Shown here in pieces: positions 8,774 through 19,002 of a stretch of 64,000 nucleotides of DNA; position 1 is the stretch's first letter; every line of letters begins with the position of its first letter. This stretch comes from Bacilli bacterium (GTDB taxonomy: Bacteria; Bacillota_I; Bacilli_A; RFN20; CAG-826), in the NCBI GenBank assembly GCA_017502465.1, contig JAFVUY010000130.1, positions 44,940 to 108,939 on the forward strand, given 5' to 3'. Below the pieces are notes generated by a model that saw only the letters and a program-made list of their open reading frames with translations, was not told the origin of the DNA and did not search any database. The translations under genes were made by a program, and so were the position numbers.

Positions 8774-10456
8774 TTAGATATCTTTTGCAGCTTCTTTTAA
8801 GTATTGATAAAGTTGATAAACTTCCATTGAATATTTAGAAGTATCTAATAAATATTTATTAACGATATTCATACGATCTTGATGGGAATATGTTTTACAT
8901 GATGTAAAATCACCATGTCCATCGTGAGAATGATCATTAACAAAGTTATATAAACCCGCCCAAATGTTAGATGTAAATGTATACATCGCTTTTCTATTTG
9001 AGAAATGTTTATTTAATTCTTCTTTATTATTTAAATAAAGTAAGTAATCAACTGAATCATTAATTAAATAATTTTCTTTCTTGTTTGCGTTAGCAATCCA
9101 AGATTTTTCTTCTTCAGTGTAACGAGCGTATTGTCTATTGGAAATCAATTGATTTTCGACAAGTGTCAAAATACCTGAATAAGGTTTATTTTCAACACTG
9201 TAACCTTCTGGATAATAATAATTACCGTTATCATCTAAGAAATAATGTGTACCTAAAACACCATAACGGCAAAGGTCATAATTTTCTTGAGAAGAATAGG
9301 CCCAGTTAATGAAAGATAAGATGTCTTTATAATCTTTTGTGTTTTTTGTGATAACAGCACCGAAAGTGGCAACACTGTTTCTCATAAATCCTTTAGATGT
9401 TGAAGAAGAATCTTTTGTCATTGCTTGAAGAACTGTAAATTCCGCATCTGGATTTTGTCTTTTACATAATCTAGCAACTTCGATTAAGTGTTCAACTGTT
9501 GGATTTTCTAAGAAAACACCTGTTTTTTCTGCGACAAAGTCAGCTTCGCAGTCATCGATGTGTTTGTCATCTGGTGATTTTGGAAGAATGCCATTTGCGA
9601 TCCATCTGGATTCAGTATCTAAAACATTAGAATAGTTGGAATCGATAAGTCCACCGATATCTAAAATGTTTTGTCCATTATATGTTCCAATAGATTTTGT
9701 GTAGTATCCTGCTGGAACATCAAAGGCACCTAAAATACCAGTTTTTTCGATTTCATAAATCGCACCACTGATTGTATAAGGCAAATTATAAGTTTCTTTC
9801 ATTGCCAAACACATTTCTTCGAATGTTACATAGTTATCGACAACTTTCCATTCTGGATGGCTAGCATCATAAACATCTGTATATCCACAAGCATTCATCC
9901 AGTCTTTTCTAACTAAAATACCGTATTTGTATGGATTAATAACAGATGGGATACCAATGATTTCATCATTTGATGTGAGTAATCTCGCTTTAGCGTTTAA
10001 AGTCAATGATTCATCTTCATTACTCCAGACCATATTTGCATTTAAATATTCATAGTCTTCAAAGTCATAATATAAATCACGATATAAACCATTTTGCATG
10101 ATCCAGTCATCGATACCGTCGCCACCTCCCGTATGGGAGATGACGATATCGATTTCACCAGTAGTGACATTGTTTGTAATCGTATTTTTCATGTTTTGGG
10201 TGAAAAATTGAGGATTAAATCTAACTTTTTTACCGGTTTCTTCGTAATACTTAGCTTCAACCGCGCGATAGACTTCTTCTTCTAAAGCACCCTTTCTCCA
10301 TGAATATTCAGCAGAACCACCCGCGTAAATAACAATTTCAGTCGCAGGAGTAGTATCAACTGATTCTGAATCTAAACTTTCACTTGTAGGTGTGGTTGGA
10401 CCACAACTAGTCAGCAAGAGGACTAACAATAACGGTATAATTAATTTATTTTTCAT
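8774..10456 (-). CDS. ABC transporter extracellular solute-binding lipoprotein (large, polysaccharide/oligosaccharide type)
   Basis: 560 aa. The signal peptide has a lipobox (LLLTSC followed by G). Size and composition fit LplA-type sugar-binding lipoproteins that pair with LplB/LplC-type permeases. Confidence 0.75.
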   Translation of the reverse strand: MKNKLIIPLLLVLLLTSCGPTTPTSESLDSESVDTTPATEIVIYAGGSAEYSWRKGALEEEVYRAVEAKYYEETGKKVRFNPQFFTQNMKNTITNNVTTGEIDIVISHTGGGDGIDDWIMQNGLYRDLYYDFEDYEYLNANMVWSNEDESLTLNAKARLLTSNDEIIGIPSVINPYKYGILVRKDWMNACGYTDVYDASHPEWKVVDNYVTFEEMCLAMKETYNLPYTISGAIYEIEKTGILGAFDVPAGYYTKSIGTYNGQNILDIGGLIDSNYSNVLDTESRWIANGILPKSPDDKHIDDCEADFVAEKTGVFLENPTVEHLIEVARLCKRQNPDAEFTVLQAMTKDSSSTSKGFMRNSVATFGAVITKNTKDYKDILSFINWAYSSQENYDLCRYGVLGTHYFLDDNGNYYYPEGYSVENKPYSGILTLVENQLISNRQYARYTEEEKSWIANANKKENYLINDSVDYLLYLNNKEELNKHFSNRKAMYTFTSNIWAGLYNFVNDHSHDGHGDFTSCKTYSHQDRMNIVNKYLLDTSKYSMEVYQLYQYLKEAAKDI

Positions 10457-10474
10457 AATAATTACCGCCGTTTA

Positions 10475-12220
10475 TTAAAATGAAGCTTTATGATATTGAA
10501 GATTGTCAACGTAGATGGTATTTTTAGGAGCCACTATGGAAAGATTACAATAACCAGCTCCACTAAAATCAGCAGTTAACCAATAAGAAATATCATAAGT
10601 AACAGTTAACCATGTGTCAGCTGGAACATTTTCTCCTTGAGTAATTTCTGTTCCATCAAGAGATAATTTAATTTGTGTAGAGAATGTTCCTCCATTAAAG
10701 CCGTTATAAGCAGCGCCTGCTTCGACTAAATGAGTTATTTGAGTAGTGGAAGGTCTAGATTGTAATCTAAGTGAAGCTCCAGTTGGAACATAAATATCAA
10801 ATGATATAGAAGAAATGTGTTGTTGTCTTACATAGGACCAAACATAATACCATGCATTTGCACCATTACCTGCGTTAGCTGGAGAGCCATTAGAAACAGA
10901 GAAATTAGCATCTATTTGATCTTTATAGGTTCCTGTTCCAGTAAAGGCATAACTACTTGTTCTGCCGCCAACATCATTAGAGTGTGGTCCAAATGTACCA
11001 ACATGATCAAGTAAAGTCGTTCCGTTATAAACATGTCCCCATACAAATTCTTCGTCCATTGTATCAATTGGGGCCGTATGCCAATATCTTAAATTGGATA
11101 AATAAATATCTCCTTTAGGTGTTGCTATTTCAGAACACGCAAATGTTGTAGTGTAAGGCCATGTTTCTCTATTGATGTAAGAGTAGTTGAATGAGACGGT
11201 ATACCATTGTTCAGCCTCAACTTTAGTGACTGGAACATTGTCCTTATAAATGAGAATGTCACTATTATTGCCATAAGTTATTGTGGAGCCAATGGATAAA
11301 CCAAAACCTTTATTAGCAACTTGCGTAGCAGATGGTCCGTATAGTCTTAATTGAGCGCCTGCTTTTAAATAAATATCAAATGTTATGTAATTAATATCGT
11401 AGTCGGAAATGTTGTCAGCATAAGCTCTTCCTGATTCGGTAACTAAACTTGGTTCAACCTTGTTGTTCCAGTTATTGTAGTCGTTTGCACCTTCGATTTT
11501 AATTGTGTTAGCAACTCCACCAATATCAACAGTTTGTTTTGTTAAAGTTAATGTAGAGTTTGTTTTTGGAACAACAATGAATTCGCCATTTCTATAGGTG
11601 TTAAATCCGTTTGGATCAACTCTTACTTCTGTGTAGTCACAGTATTGACATTTCCAAACTCTATCTTCGTCTGTACCATTTAAAACTGTTTCTTCTGTTT
11701 CTAAAAGATTGTGTTCTGTTTCAAATGAATGTAAGCAAGCATAAACTAAGGTAATTTCTTCAATTGTTGTTTCACTTAAAGCAACTAAAGAAATATAGTT
11801 ACCACATAAGGTAAGTTGAACCCCACTTGTGACTGAATAAGTTGTGACTTCTCCAGTTTCTTCAAATCTTGTTTCAACATTTAAAGAACCTTCGAATGTA
11901 ACATTGACGCATTCAAGCCCTAATGCTTCTTCAACTTTTGTAATTGCACCTCCTGCATCAAGTGTGCATAGTTTGTCTACCGCTGCTTTAACCTTTGTAT
12001 AAGTGTATTGGGAATGAGTTCCCCCAGCGATAATAGAATCAACATAAGTTGTTGAATCTGTAGGAGCATCAGCTTTGTCTAAAACCTCTGTGTAAACAGA
12101 TTCTGGGTCTTGGTTAGCGTTAACAAAATAACCATCAAAATTAATGGCTGCACCACTTATGATAGTGGCGCAAAAAGCGACGAAACCCAACAAAGTTAAT
12201 ACTGTTAGTTTTTTAGCCAT
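10475..12220 (-). CDS. Secreted/anchored protein with two copies of an uncharacterised CBM-like beta-sandwich module
   Basis: 581 aa with an N-terminal hydrophobic signal or anchor (LTVLTLLGFVAFCATIISGAA). There are two internal modules. One ends ..QWYTVSFNYSY..GDIYLSNLRYWH and the other ends ..TWLTVTYDISY..NTIYVDNLQYHKASF. Confidence 0.6.
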   Translation of the reverse strand: MAKKLTVLTLLGFVAFCATIISGAAINFDGYFVNANQDPESVYTEVLDKADAPTDSTTYVDSIIAGGTHSQYTYTKVKAAVDKLCTLDAGGAITKVEEALGLECVNVTFEGSLNVETRFEETGEVTTYSVTSGVQLTLCGNYISLVALSETTIEEITLVYACLHSFETEHNLLETEETVLNGTDEDRVWKCQYCDYTEVRVDPNGFNTYRNGEFIVVPKTNSTLTLTKQTVDIGGVANTIKIEGANDYNNWNNKVEPSLVTESGRAYADNISDYDINYITFDIYLKAGAQLRLYGPSATQVANKGFGLSIGSTITYGNNSDILIYKDNVPVTKVEAEQWYTVSFNYSYINRETWPYTTTFACSEIATPKGDIYLSNLRYWHTAPIDTMDEEFVWGHVYNGTTLLDHVGTFGPHSNDVGGRTSSYAFTGTGTYKDQIDANFSVSNGSPANAGNGANAWYYVWSYVRQQHISSISFDIYVPTGASLRLQSRPSTTQITHLVEAGAAYNGFNGGTFSTQIKLSLDGTEITQGENVPADTWLTVTYDISYWLTADFSGAGYCNLSIVAPKNTIYVDNLQYHKASF

Positions 12221-12318
12221 AATATAAACCTCCTTTTGTTAATTATGGTGTTAGTATTTTTAATTTCGACTAACTCGAAATATGTTGATAATTTATTATT
12301 AAGCCAAAGGCTTAAAAC

Positions 12319-15300
12319 CTAGTTGATTGAATCATGATAATATCTAATATCTGAGATATAACATGTTCCTTTGATATAGGCTAATTCGTGGCATGTATAG
12401 CCGCTTTTGTATTGACTTTCAAAGTTAGAATAATCAACGACGAGTCGATACCATGTATTAGCGTTAATTGTTGTGACCTCATCTCCGCTAGCGGTATAAA
12501 GATTAATATTTTCGTTGTTAGCAGAACTAAATGATGCGTTAACAGTAAGAGGAACTGTAGAGTGACCTCCATTTGGATTAACTGAAGCTGCTCTTAAATA
12601 AGTGCCTGGTGTTAATAAAATCCAATATTCAATAAAATCAATGTGACCGTTAATAATATTGTTTTTGCTACTTGCTGTAGAGGTGTGTTTGGTGTCAGAT
12701 ATATCTAATTTGTTGTTCCAGCTCGCAGCGGCAGCGGAGTATGCATATGGGTTACTAATTCCTTCAATAACTCCACTAACTTGAGAGTAGCTAGCAGGAT
12801 AAGTTGTATCTATAGAAGTGAATTCAAATGAGCCTTTTCTATATTTATTAAAGACATTAACTTTGAGGATTTGATGTTCGCTATTATCTGGGAGACTAAC
12901 TTTAATTTCTGCATCCCCCTCTTTCATAGCGGTAACCAAATTACCATCTAAGGAAACAAATTCTTCACCTGAAACAATTTCATAATTTAAGGCAGATGGA
13001 TTAATAAATTGTTTGTTAAATATCGCATATGGTTGAATTAAGTATTCTTTTTCAAAATAATCTTTATCGCCCGCGTATAAGGAGATGTTAGATTCAGTTA
13101 AAGAAAGCATATAATTGTTTTTAATAACAATTGAGATAGATTCTCTAATTTTGTAATCGCCATGTGTGATAACAAAACTGATGCTTATATCGCCAACTTC
13201 TTTAAGCAAAATTTCGCTTCCGCCTAAATAATCAACTTTTCTATTAGAGAAGATAAATCCAGAGATATTAGGGTTTTTAATAGCTTCTCCGTTATAGATA
13301 ACTGAGATTTGTTTCTTAAGATTGATAGTGTCTCCAACAAATCCAATATCAATATTGTCCACGAGCACCTTGAATGGAGCGTTATATGAATAATCTTTGA
13401 TATAGGAATTGTCTTTGTAATATGCAAATTCACCTATTTCAAAAACTGTATTTAAAGCGCTGGAAAGATATGTGGAATCATTAACCCTTCCATCGACCTT
13501 TACAACTACTGTACATAATTCGTCTTTGACGATTGTTTTAATAGGTTTTCCATCTTTATAGATAGAAACAAAATTATTTGGTTTAAAGTTATTATCTAAA
13601 CTTATTGTTTTAATTCCGTTTACAAAGTCATTAAAGTAAGAAAGTAATGGGGTGCCACTCCTATAAATATAGGAGAAGGCTAAATATTTATATCCTTTAT
13701 TAACCGCTAAACCATTTAATAAGTTATAAGCATTGATTTTGCTTCTTGATTCTCTATCTAATGCTTTTGCGTTTGAGGAATCATATTTATATAAATTAGA
13801 TGCTTCATCGTGTGTATAAGAAACATAGTTTGGAGAATAAACAACCATTTCATTTTCGGAGGTTGCTTTGTTAGGATTTTCGCCATCAATGGTTAATTCT
13901 CTTTCATCTGTATCAAAAACTAATTCAATATCATTAAGTGGAGAATAGTCGAAATAATAACGAATATTATCAAAATAAGAGACGTCTCCGATATAGCAAG
14001 GGCCAACATAAAGAGTAGCGGCGTCTTGTCCGATTGTCATAGATTTCAAAACAACTTCTGAAATGTTGATGTAGACTGTGTACCATTGATCGTTAGTTAA
14101 TATGTTTGTTGCTTTGCCTTCTTGATTGACTAATAACATATCAGTTCTATTGACTTGAACTTCGTTATAGAAATATTGCTTTGCAGGCGCTCCATAGGCT
14201 CCCATTAAGATACCTTTTTGTCCTAAGTAATAATAATCAAAGGATAAAAGTGTGTAGCCTTTTTCTACCATATAATCATAGGCGACAACGCCGTTTTTAT
14301 TTGTAGTTTCAAAGAACTCAATTCTTGAATCCCATGTAGCCCATGTAGGATTTGCAGCGTTTTTGTTCATATCGTGGTCTGTAATTTTGTATTTATAAGC
14401 ATTTGAATGTCCTTCAAATTCTTCATAACCAAACTCGATATCCGCGCGGAAAGTTTCAACAATTTCTTCGTGTGATAATTTAGCTTCGAAATTTGGATGA
14501 AGTCTAATTGTTGTTTTCGTGCTTACTTCTGGTTTTTCAATACAATAAACACTGACTTCATAAGAGAGCACTTCTTCACCTTTATATTGATTGATGACAC
14601 TAACTCTATTACCATCGCTAGATAAATATGGGTTAATGCCTAAATCCACTCCAACATTACCATCGAATGATTCGCCTCTTACAAAAATTTGGGCATTAAT
14701 ATCGACGTAATTTTTTCTCCTAGGAGAGGTTTCATCAACTGAATAAACATCATAAGATTCTTGGTCAAGGACAATTGAGTTTTCACTTTGAATTGTCGCG
14801 GTGAATTTCTTGCTCTTTAATGTTTTGTTTTTCCAAACACCGTTAACTTCAATATCAACTTCGCCTTCTTTAACACCTATGAATTGTCCATTTGTGTTAA
14901 CTGTAGCGATAGAGGTGTCTAAGCTTGTTAAGGTATAGTTTTCAAGAGGATAATAGTTTCCGTCATATCTAACTTCAACAACCGGAGTAACTGGAGTATT
15001 GACAAAACCTAAACAATCAGCAACTGAGATTGATGGATTAATCATTTGGTTCTTTATAGAGACTTCACATGTATCTTTTTCTTTGCCATGACTAACAGTA
15101 ATAGTTAATTCACCAACTTTACCTAAACAAGACATATGTCCGTTATTATCAATTGTCGCTAAAGTGGTGTCTGAAGAAGACCATGTATATTCAAGTTCTT
15201 CATTATAGTTAGTCAAAACAAAATCATATTCTGCATAAATGTCTACAGTGACATTGCTTTTTTCTAATTCTGGTTTATTAGAAGCGAAAACTTCGAAATA

Positions 15301-15381
15301 AGAAGAATTGTCAAAAGCGCTGATAGAGGCAAAAGAAACAGCCCCTAGACATGTAAGAAATAAAAATAGTTTGTTTTTCAT
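12319..15381 (-). CDS. Large secreted surface protein: Big_2 Ig-like domains + the same CBM-like modules
   Basis: 1020 aa with signal peptide MKNKLFLFLTCLGAVSFASISA. Big_2-type segments include WSSSDTTLATIDNNGHMSCLGKVGELTITV, SLDTSIATVNTNGQFIGVKEGEVDIEV and VSLDGNLVTAMKEGDAEIKV. Module ends are QWYTVYINISE..SYFDNIRYYF and TWYRLVVDYSNF..CYISDIRYYH. Confidence 0.7.
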   Translation of the reverse strand: MKNKLFLFLTCLGAVSFASISAFDNSSYFEVFASNKPELEKSNVTVDIYAEYDFVLTNYNEELEYTWSSSDTTLATIDNNGHMSCLGKVGELTITVSHGKEKDTCEVSIKNQMINPSISVADCLGFVNTPVTPVVEVRYDGNYYPLENYTLTSLDTSIATVNTNGQFIGVKEGEVDIEVNGVWKNKTLKSKKFTATIQSENSIVLDQESYDVYSVDETSPRRKNYVDINAQIFVRGESFDGNVGVDLGINPYLSSDGNRVSVINQYKGEEVLSYEVSVYCIEKPEVSTKTTIRLHPNFEAKLSHEEIVETFRADIEFGYEEFEGHSNAYKYKITDHDMNKNAANPTWATWDSRIEFFETTNKNGVVAYDYMVEKGYTLLSFDYYYLGQKGILMGAYGAPAKQYFYNEVQVNRTDMLLVNQEGKATNILTNDQWYTVYINISEVVLKSMTIGQDAATLYVGPCYIGDVSYFDNIRYYFDYSPLNDIELVFDTDERELTIDGENPNKATSENEMVVYSPNYVSYTHDEASNLYKYDSSNAKALDRESRSKINAYNLLNGLAVNKGYKYLAFSYIYRSGTPLLSYFNDFVNGIKTISLDNNFKPNNFVSIYKDGKPIKTIVKDELCTVVVKVDGRVNDSTYLSSALNTVFEIGEFAYYKDNSYIKDYSYNAPFKVLVDNIDIGFVGDTINLKKQISVIYNGEAIKNPNISGFIFSNRKVDYLGGSEILLKEVGDISISFVITHGDYKIRESISIVIKNNYMLSLTESNISLYAGDKDYFEKEYLIQPYAIFNKQFINPSALNYEIVSGEEFVSLDGNLVTAMKEGDAEIKVSLPDNSEHQILKVNVFNKYRKGSFEFTSIDTTYPASYSQVSGVIEGISNPYAYSAAAASWNNKLDISDTKHTSTASSKNNIINGHIDFIEYWILLTPGTYLRAASVNPNGGHSTVPLTVNASFSSANNENINLYTASGDEVTTINANTWYRLVVDYSNFESQYKSGYTCHELAYIKGTCYISDIRYYHDSIN

Positions 15382-17090
15382 AAGGTGTAATCTCCTTTAT
15401 GTATTAAGTTTTCGAAGTTCTTTAAAATGTTTTTCGCTTTTTCTTTTCTTTTGAAAATGTCTTTGTTATTGAAGTCAATTTCTTCAAAGAATCTTATAAA
15501 TTCTTTTTCTTTAGATTGACCAATTACTTCAACGTTATGGAAGTAATTATCAATAAATTGATAATCTCTCATCATTTTAATCGTGAATTTAATGTCGTTA
15601 TCTTTTAAGGAATAAAAGACATTATTAATATAGGTATGAGAGAAACAATATGTGCTTTCATCTTCTGTATTGATAACACTTTGACCTTTAATATCTCCGT
15701 TAATAAAGACAACGTTATCTTTAAATAAGGCGTGATCGCTTTCTCTAGCGATGGTTAAGAAAGCAGAACGAGTAGGATTTTCTTTTTGTCCGTTATTTAA
15801 GAAATAGTTGTTATAAATAACATTGTTAAACCATCTTCCAGTTATTTTTTCTTTAACAATTTCACCTTTTTCATCTAAGACTTCTCTTCCAAATTCATCA
15901 CGCTTAATAACTTGGGTAGCGAGGTTACAAATAAGAAGCCCTCCACCTTCGTTATGATGCGCGTAATTGTTTTGGAAAATAGTCTTAACACAGCAATTGT
16001 CTAAATCAAATCCTTGTCCATCTTCTGAACCACTTCTTTTATATGTGTAAGCTGCTTCGTTTAATTCAAATAAACAAACATCAACGTTATAAACCCAGAT
16101 AGAAGCGTTCCAATAACCTTTTCTACCTAGATAATTTGCAAAATAGCAGGTGTTGCCTTTGATATAGACGTTTTTCGCACTGGAAATAACAATCCCATCT
16201 GCTCCTGGACATTCAACATAATTATCTAAACAATAAATTCCATCAGATATAAAATAGCCAACGCCTGTTTCATAATTGTTTTCGCTTTCATAAGAAACCC
16301 ATTTGTTATATCCATATCCAACACCTGGTTTATCAACCCATTTGTTATAAACAGTGATTCCAGTTCTAGAAACGTTTTTAACAATGTTATTTACAATCCA
16401 AATGTTTTTAAATTCACTTGGTCCTATCTCGTTATGAGCGATAATACCTCCATAATAACGATAGAAATATCTTCCTTTTGTAACTCCATCTTCTTCATAT
16501 TCTGGAGTAACTTTTTCTAAATCTAATGTGTCTGGATTTACTAAAGAAGAATCTAATTCGTTTTCCCAAATCCAGTTGATATCATGGACATAACAATTTT
16601 TAACAACAATATTTTTCATCTCGCCTTTATGAGGGGTTGTAATATGAATTCCTCTATAAGCTTTAGTTCCTGTTACTTCGATAGAATCAACGATTACATT
16701 TGAATTATTGATTCTAATAACAGAGTCATCTCCGTTGATGACTGGTAATTTTCCTTCTCCGTAACTTCCTAAATAAGTTAGTAAATTGTCACTATTTCTT
16801 TCGAGTAAAATATTCCCCATAAATGTTGAATTTTTCTTTAAAAGGATTGCAATATTAACGTCTTTTGAAAGAATTTGAGGAATTTTTGTTAATGTTTTTA
16901 TTGGAGTATTTTTTGAAAGTCCGTCATTTGAATCGTTACCTAAAACACTATCAATGTAATAAATTTGATAGTTATTAAGATTAACTTCTTCCATCTTTCT
17001 TTCTCTAAGAGAGTAGATGGTTTCTACATCTTGCTTAGAAAGAAGTTCATCTTTATTTAAGATAAATCCGTGTTCAAATGAATGTTTCAT
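15378..17090 (-). CDS. Right-handed parallel beta-helix protein (pectate-lyase-fold), cytoplasmic paralogue
   Basis: 570 aa with no signal peptide. It is collinear with the next gene, sharing the blocks YIDSVLGNDSNDG, YGEGKLPVINGDD, CYVHDINW, GVGYGYNKW, ETGVGYF and YAHHNEGGGLLICN. Confidence 0.7.
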   Translation of the reverse strand: MKHSFEHGFILNKDELLSKQDVETIYSLRERKMEEVNLNNYQIYYIDSVLGNDSNDGLSKNTPIKTLTKIPQILSKDVNIAILLKKNSTFMGNILLERNSDNLLTYLGSYGEGKLPVINGDDSVIRINNSNVIVDSIEVTGTKAYRGIHITTPHKGEMKNIVVKNCYVHDINWIWENELDSSLVNPDTLDLEKVTPEYEEDGVTKGRYFYRYYGGIIAHNEIGPSEFKNIWIVNNIVKNVSRTGITVYNKWVDKPGVGYGYNKWVSYESENNYETGVGYFISDGIYCLDNYVECPGADGIVISSAKNVYIKGNTCYFANYLGRKGYWNASIWVYNVDVCLFELNEAAYTYKRSGSEDGQGFDLDNCCVKTIFQNNYAHHNEGGGLLICNLATQVIKRDEFGREVLDEKGEIVKEKITGRWFNNVIYNNYFLNNGQKENPTRSAFLTIARESDHALFKDNVVFINGDIKGQSVINTEDESTYCFSHTYINNVFYSLKDNDIKFTIKMMRDYQFIDNYFHNVEVIGQSKEKEFIRFFEEIDFNNKDIFKRKEKAKNILKNFENLIHKGDYTL

Positions 17091-17092
17091 AA

Positions 17093-18997
17093 CTATTTAT
17101 AAAACGCTCCTAAGTAAGGTAATAATCCTGTATCAACGCCCAAATAATCGTATTGAAGTTGAACTGGTAATTTTCTTGCGTATTCAAGTAAGGATGTAGA
17201 TGGAACAAATGTCTTTGAAACATCATATCCGTCATAATCATTTGGTAAAGTAAAATCCAATTGAGCGTCTAAAATCGCGTAAGCGTCATCGCTTAAAACA
17301 AGTTCACTTTGGATTTCATTACCGTCTTGAATGTTATGGTATAAATTACCTTCAAAAACAGGATCTAAGATTGTGTAATTTGCGAAAATTGGTTTTGCTT
17401 CTTCCGCATAAGAATAGAAAATGTTGTTTCTATAAATATGATTACGAGAAACTTTTGAATCTTCGCAGTTAATAATGTGTTGTTTTTCAATGTCTCCTCT
17501 AACTAGGACTGTGTTGTTTTCAGCGACAAAATCATCGCATTGTCTTGCAAGAGTAATAAACGCACTTCTATGTGAGTTTGTTTCGATACCGTTAAAGGCA
17601 AAGACATTGTTACGACAGTAATTGTTTTTCCAAATACCAAGTAATGACTGTTTTGAGGTATTCGCTAAAGTGCCGTCGATATTATATGTAAATAATGATG
17701 AGGTGTTATTACATAGTAATAAACCACCACCTTCATTATGATGAGCGTAGTTATAATAGAAATGGATATCTTCACACGCGATATCAATATCAAATCCTTC
17801 TCCATCTCCCGCACCGTGTTGAAGATATGTATAGGCCGCTTCGTTATAAAGCATATAACCACCTCTAACGTTATGTACCCAAATACCCGCGTTGAAATAG
17901 CCGCCTTTACCTAAATAAGATGCTTTGTAGGATGTGTTTCCAACAATCCAGGCGCCATCCGTGCCATCAACAACAATACCATCGCCACCTGTGCATAAGG
18001 TAAAGTTGTCTTTAACAACAACGTTCGTATATGGGAAATAACCAACTCCGGTTTCAAAGTTTTGATAATCAGGGTTTTCTGGAACATATTTGTTATATCC
18101 ATAACCAATTCCGCCTCTATTGACCCAATAATTGTAGAAGTTAATACCAATATGCGAGACGTTTTCAATTCTATTATTCTCTACGAAAACGTGGTCATAT
18201 GTAATAGGGCCAGCTTTAATAGAAGCTTCAACATCAATCGTTCCATTAAAGAATTCAATTCCTCCATAAAGACGACGATATCTTAAAACTCTATTTGTAG
18301 GTGTAACATTTTCAGGATTAATGTCTTTTGGATGTGTTTCGTTTGGACTTAAAGGATATTCCCAGTTCCAGTTGACATCGTGGACATAGCAACCTTTAAT
18401 AACGATGTTTTTATAAACACCAGATTTACGAGGTAATACATAAATACCTCTTGTGCAGGCTGGGCCTGTAATTTCAATATTATAGACGCGAGTGTTTTCT
18501 TCTCTAATCCATAAAATCGCGTTTGTAGTGACTGTAGAGTCATCTCCATCACCATGAATAACAGGCATATCACCTTCACCATAAGCATCTAAAATAAATG
18601 GATATTCTTCACTAGAGGTGTATCCAGTTAAAATTAGGTTTCCATAAAAATAGGAACCTCTTTTTAATAAGATTCTAATTGGGGAGAAATCCGCATAAGT
18701 AGAAATAATTGTTTCAACACTGCTAAGAGTTTTTTTAGGAGTGATTGGATCAAGACCTGTATTTGAATCATTGCCAAAAAGGGAATCGATATAGAATGTT
18801 CTATAGATGTTATTAATAACATCTTCGCTTATATCTTCATAAGTAGGTGCACTAGGTATGTTATAGACACCCGTTTCAACTTCTGGTTCTATAGACTCCG
18901 TTGTTGATTCAGTGTCAGAAGAATTAAAAAATCCAGTTGTCGTGCAAGAGACAAGTGATAGAGCTAATAAAGGGAATAATAGTAATGATTTTTTCAT
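17093..18997 (-). CDS. Right-handed parallel beta-helix protein, lipoprotein paralogue
   Basis: I prefer the start at ATG 18997 (MKKSLLLFPLLALSLVSC lipobox, GAAAGGA RBS) over the track start at 19069, which overlaps the permease gene. Shared blocks are YIDSLFGNDSNTG, YGEGDMPVIHGDGDD, CYVHDVNW, GIGYGYNKY, ETGVGYF and YAHHNEGGGLLLCN. Confidence 0.75.
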   Translation of the reverse strand: MKKSLLLFPLLALSLVSCTTTGFFNSSDTESTTESIEPEVETGVYNIPSAPTYEDISEDVINNIYRTFYIDSLFGNDSNTGLDPITPKKTLSSVETIISTYADFSPIRILLKRGSYFYGNLILTGYTSSEEYPFILDAYGEGDMPVIHGDGDDSTVTTNAILWIREENTRVYNIEITGPACTRGIYVLPRKSGVYKNIVIKGCYVHDVNWNWEYPLSPNETHPKDINPENVTPTNRVLRYRRLYGGIEFFNGTIDVEASIKAGPITYDHVFVENNRIENVSHIGINFYNYWVNRGGIGYGYNKYVPENPDYQNFETGVGYFPYTNVVVKDNFTLCTGGDGIVVDGTDGAWIVGNTSYKASYLGKGGYFNAGIWVHNVRGGYMLYNEAAYTYLQHGAGDGEGFDIDIACEDIHFYYNYAHHNEGGGLLLCNNTSSLFTYNIDGTLANTSKQSLLGIWKNNYCRNNVFAFNGIETNSHRSAFITLARQCDDFVAENNTVLVRGDIEKQHIINCEDSKVSRNHIYRNNIFYSYAEEAKPIFANYTILDPVFEGNLYHNIQDGNEIQSELVLSDDAYAILDAQLDFTLPNDYDGYDVSKTFVPSTSLLEYARKLPVQLQYDYLGVDTGLLPYLGAFYK

Positions 18998-19002
18998 ATT
19001 TG

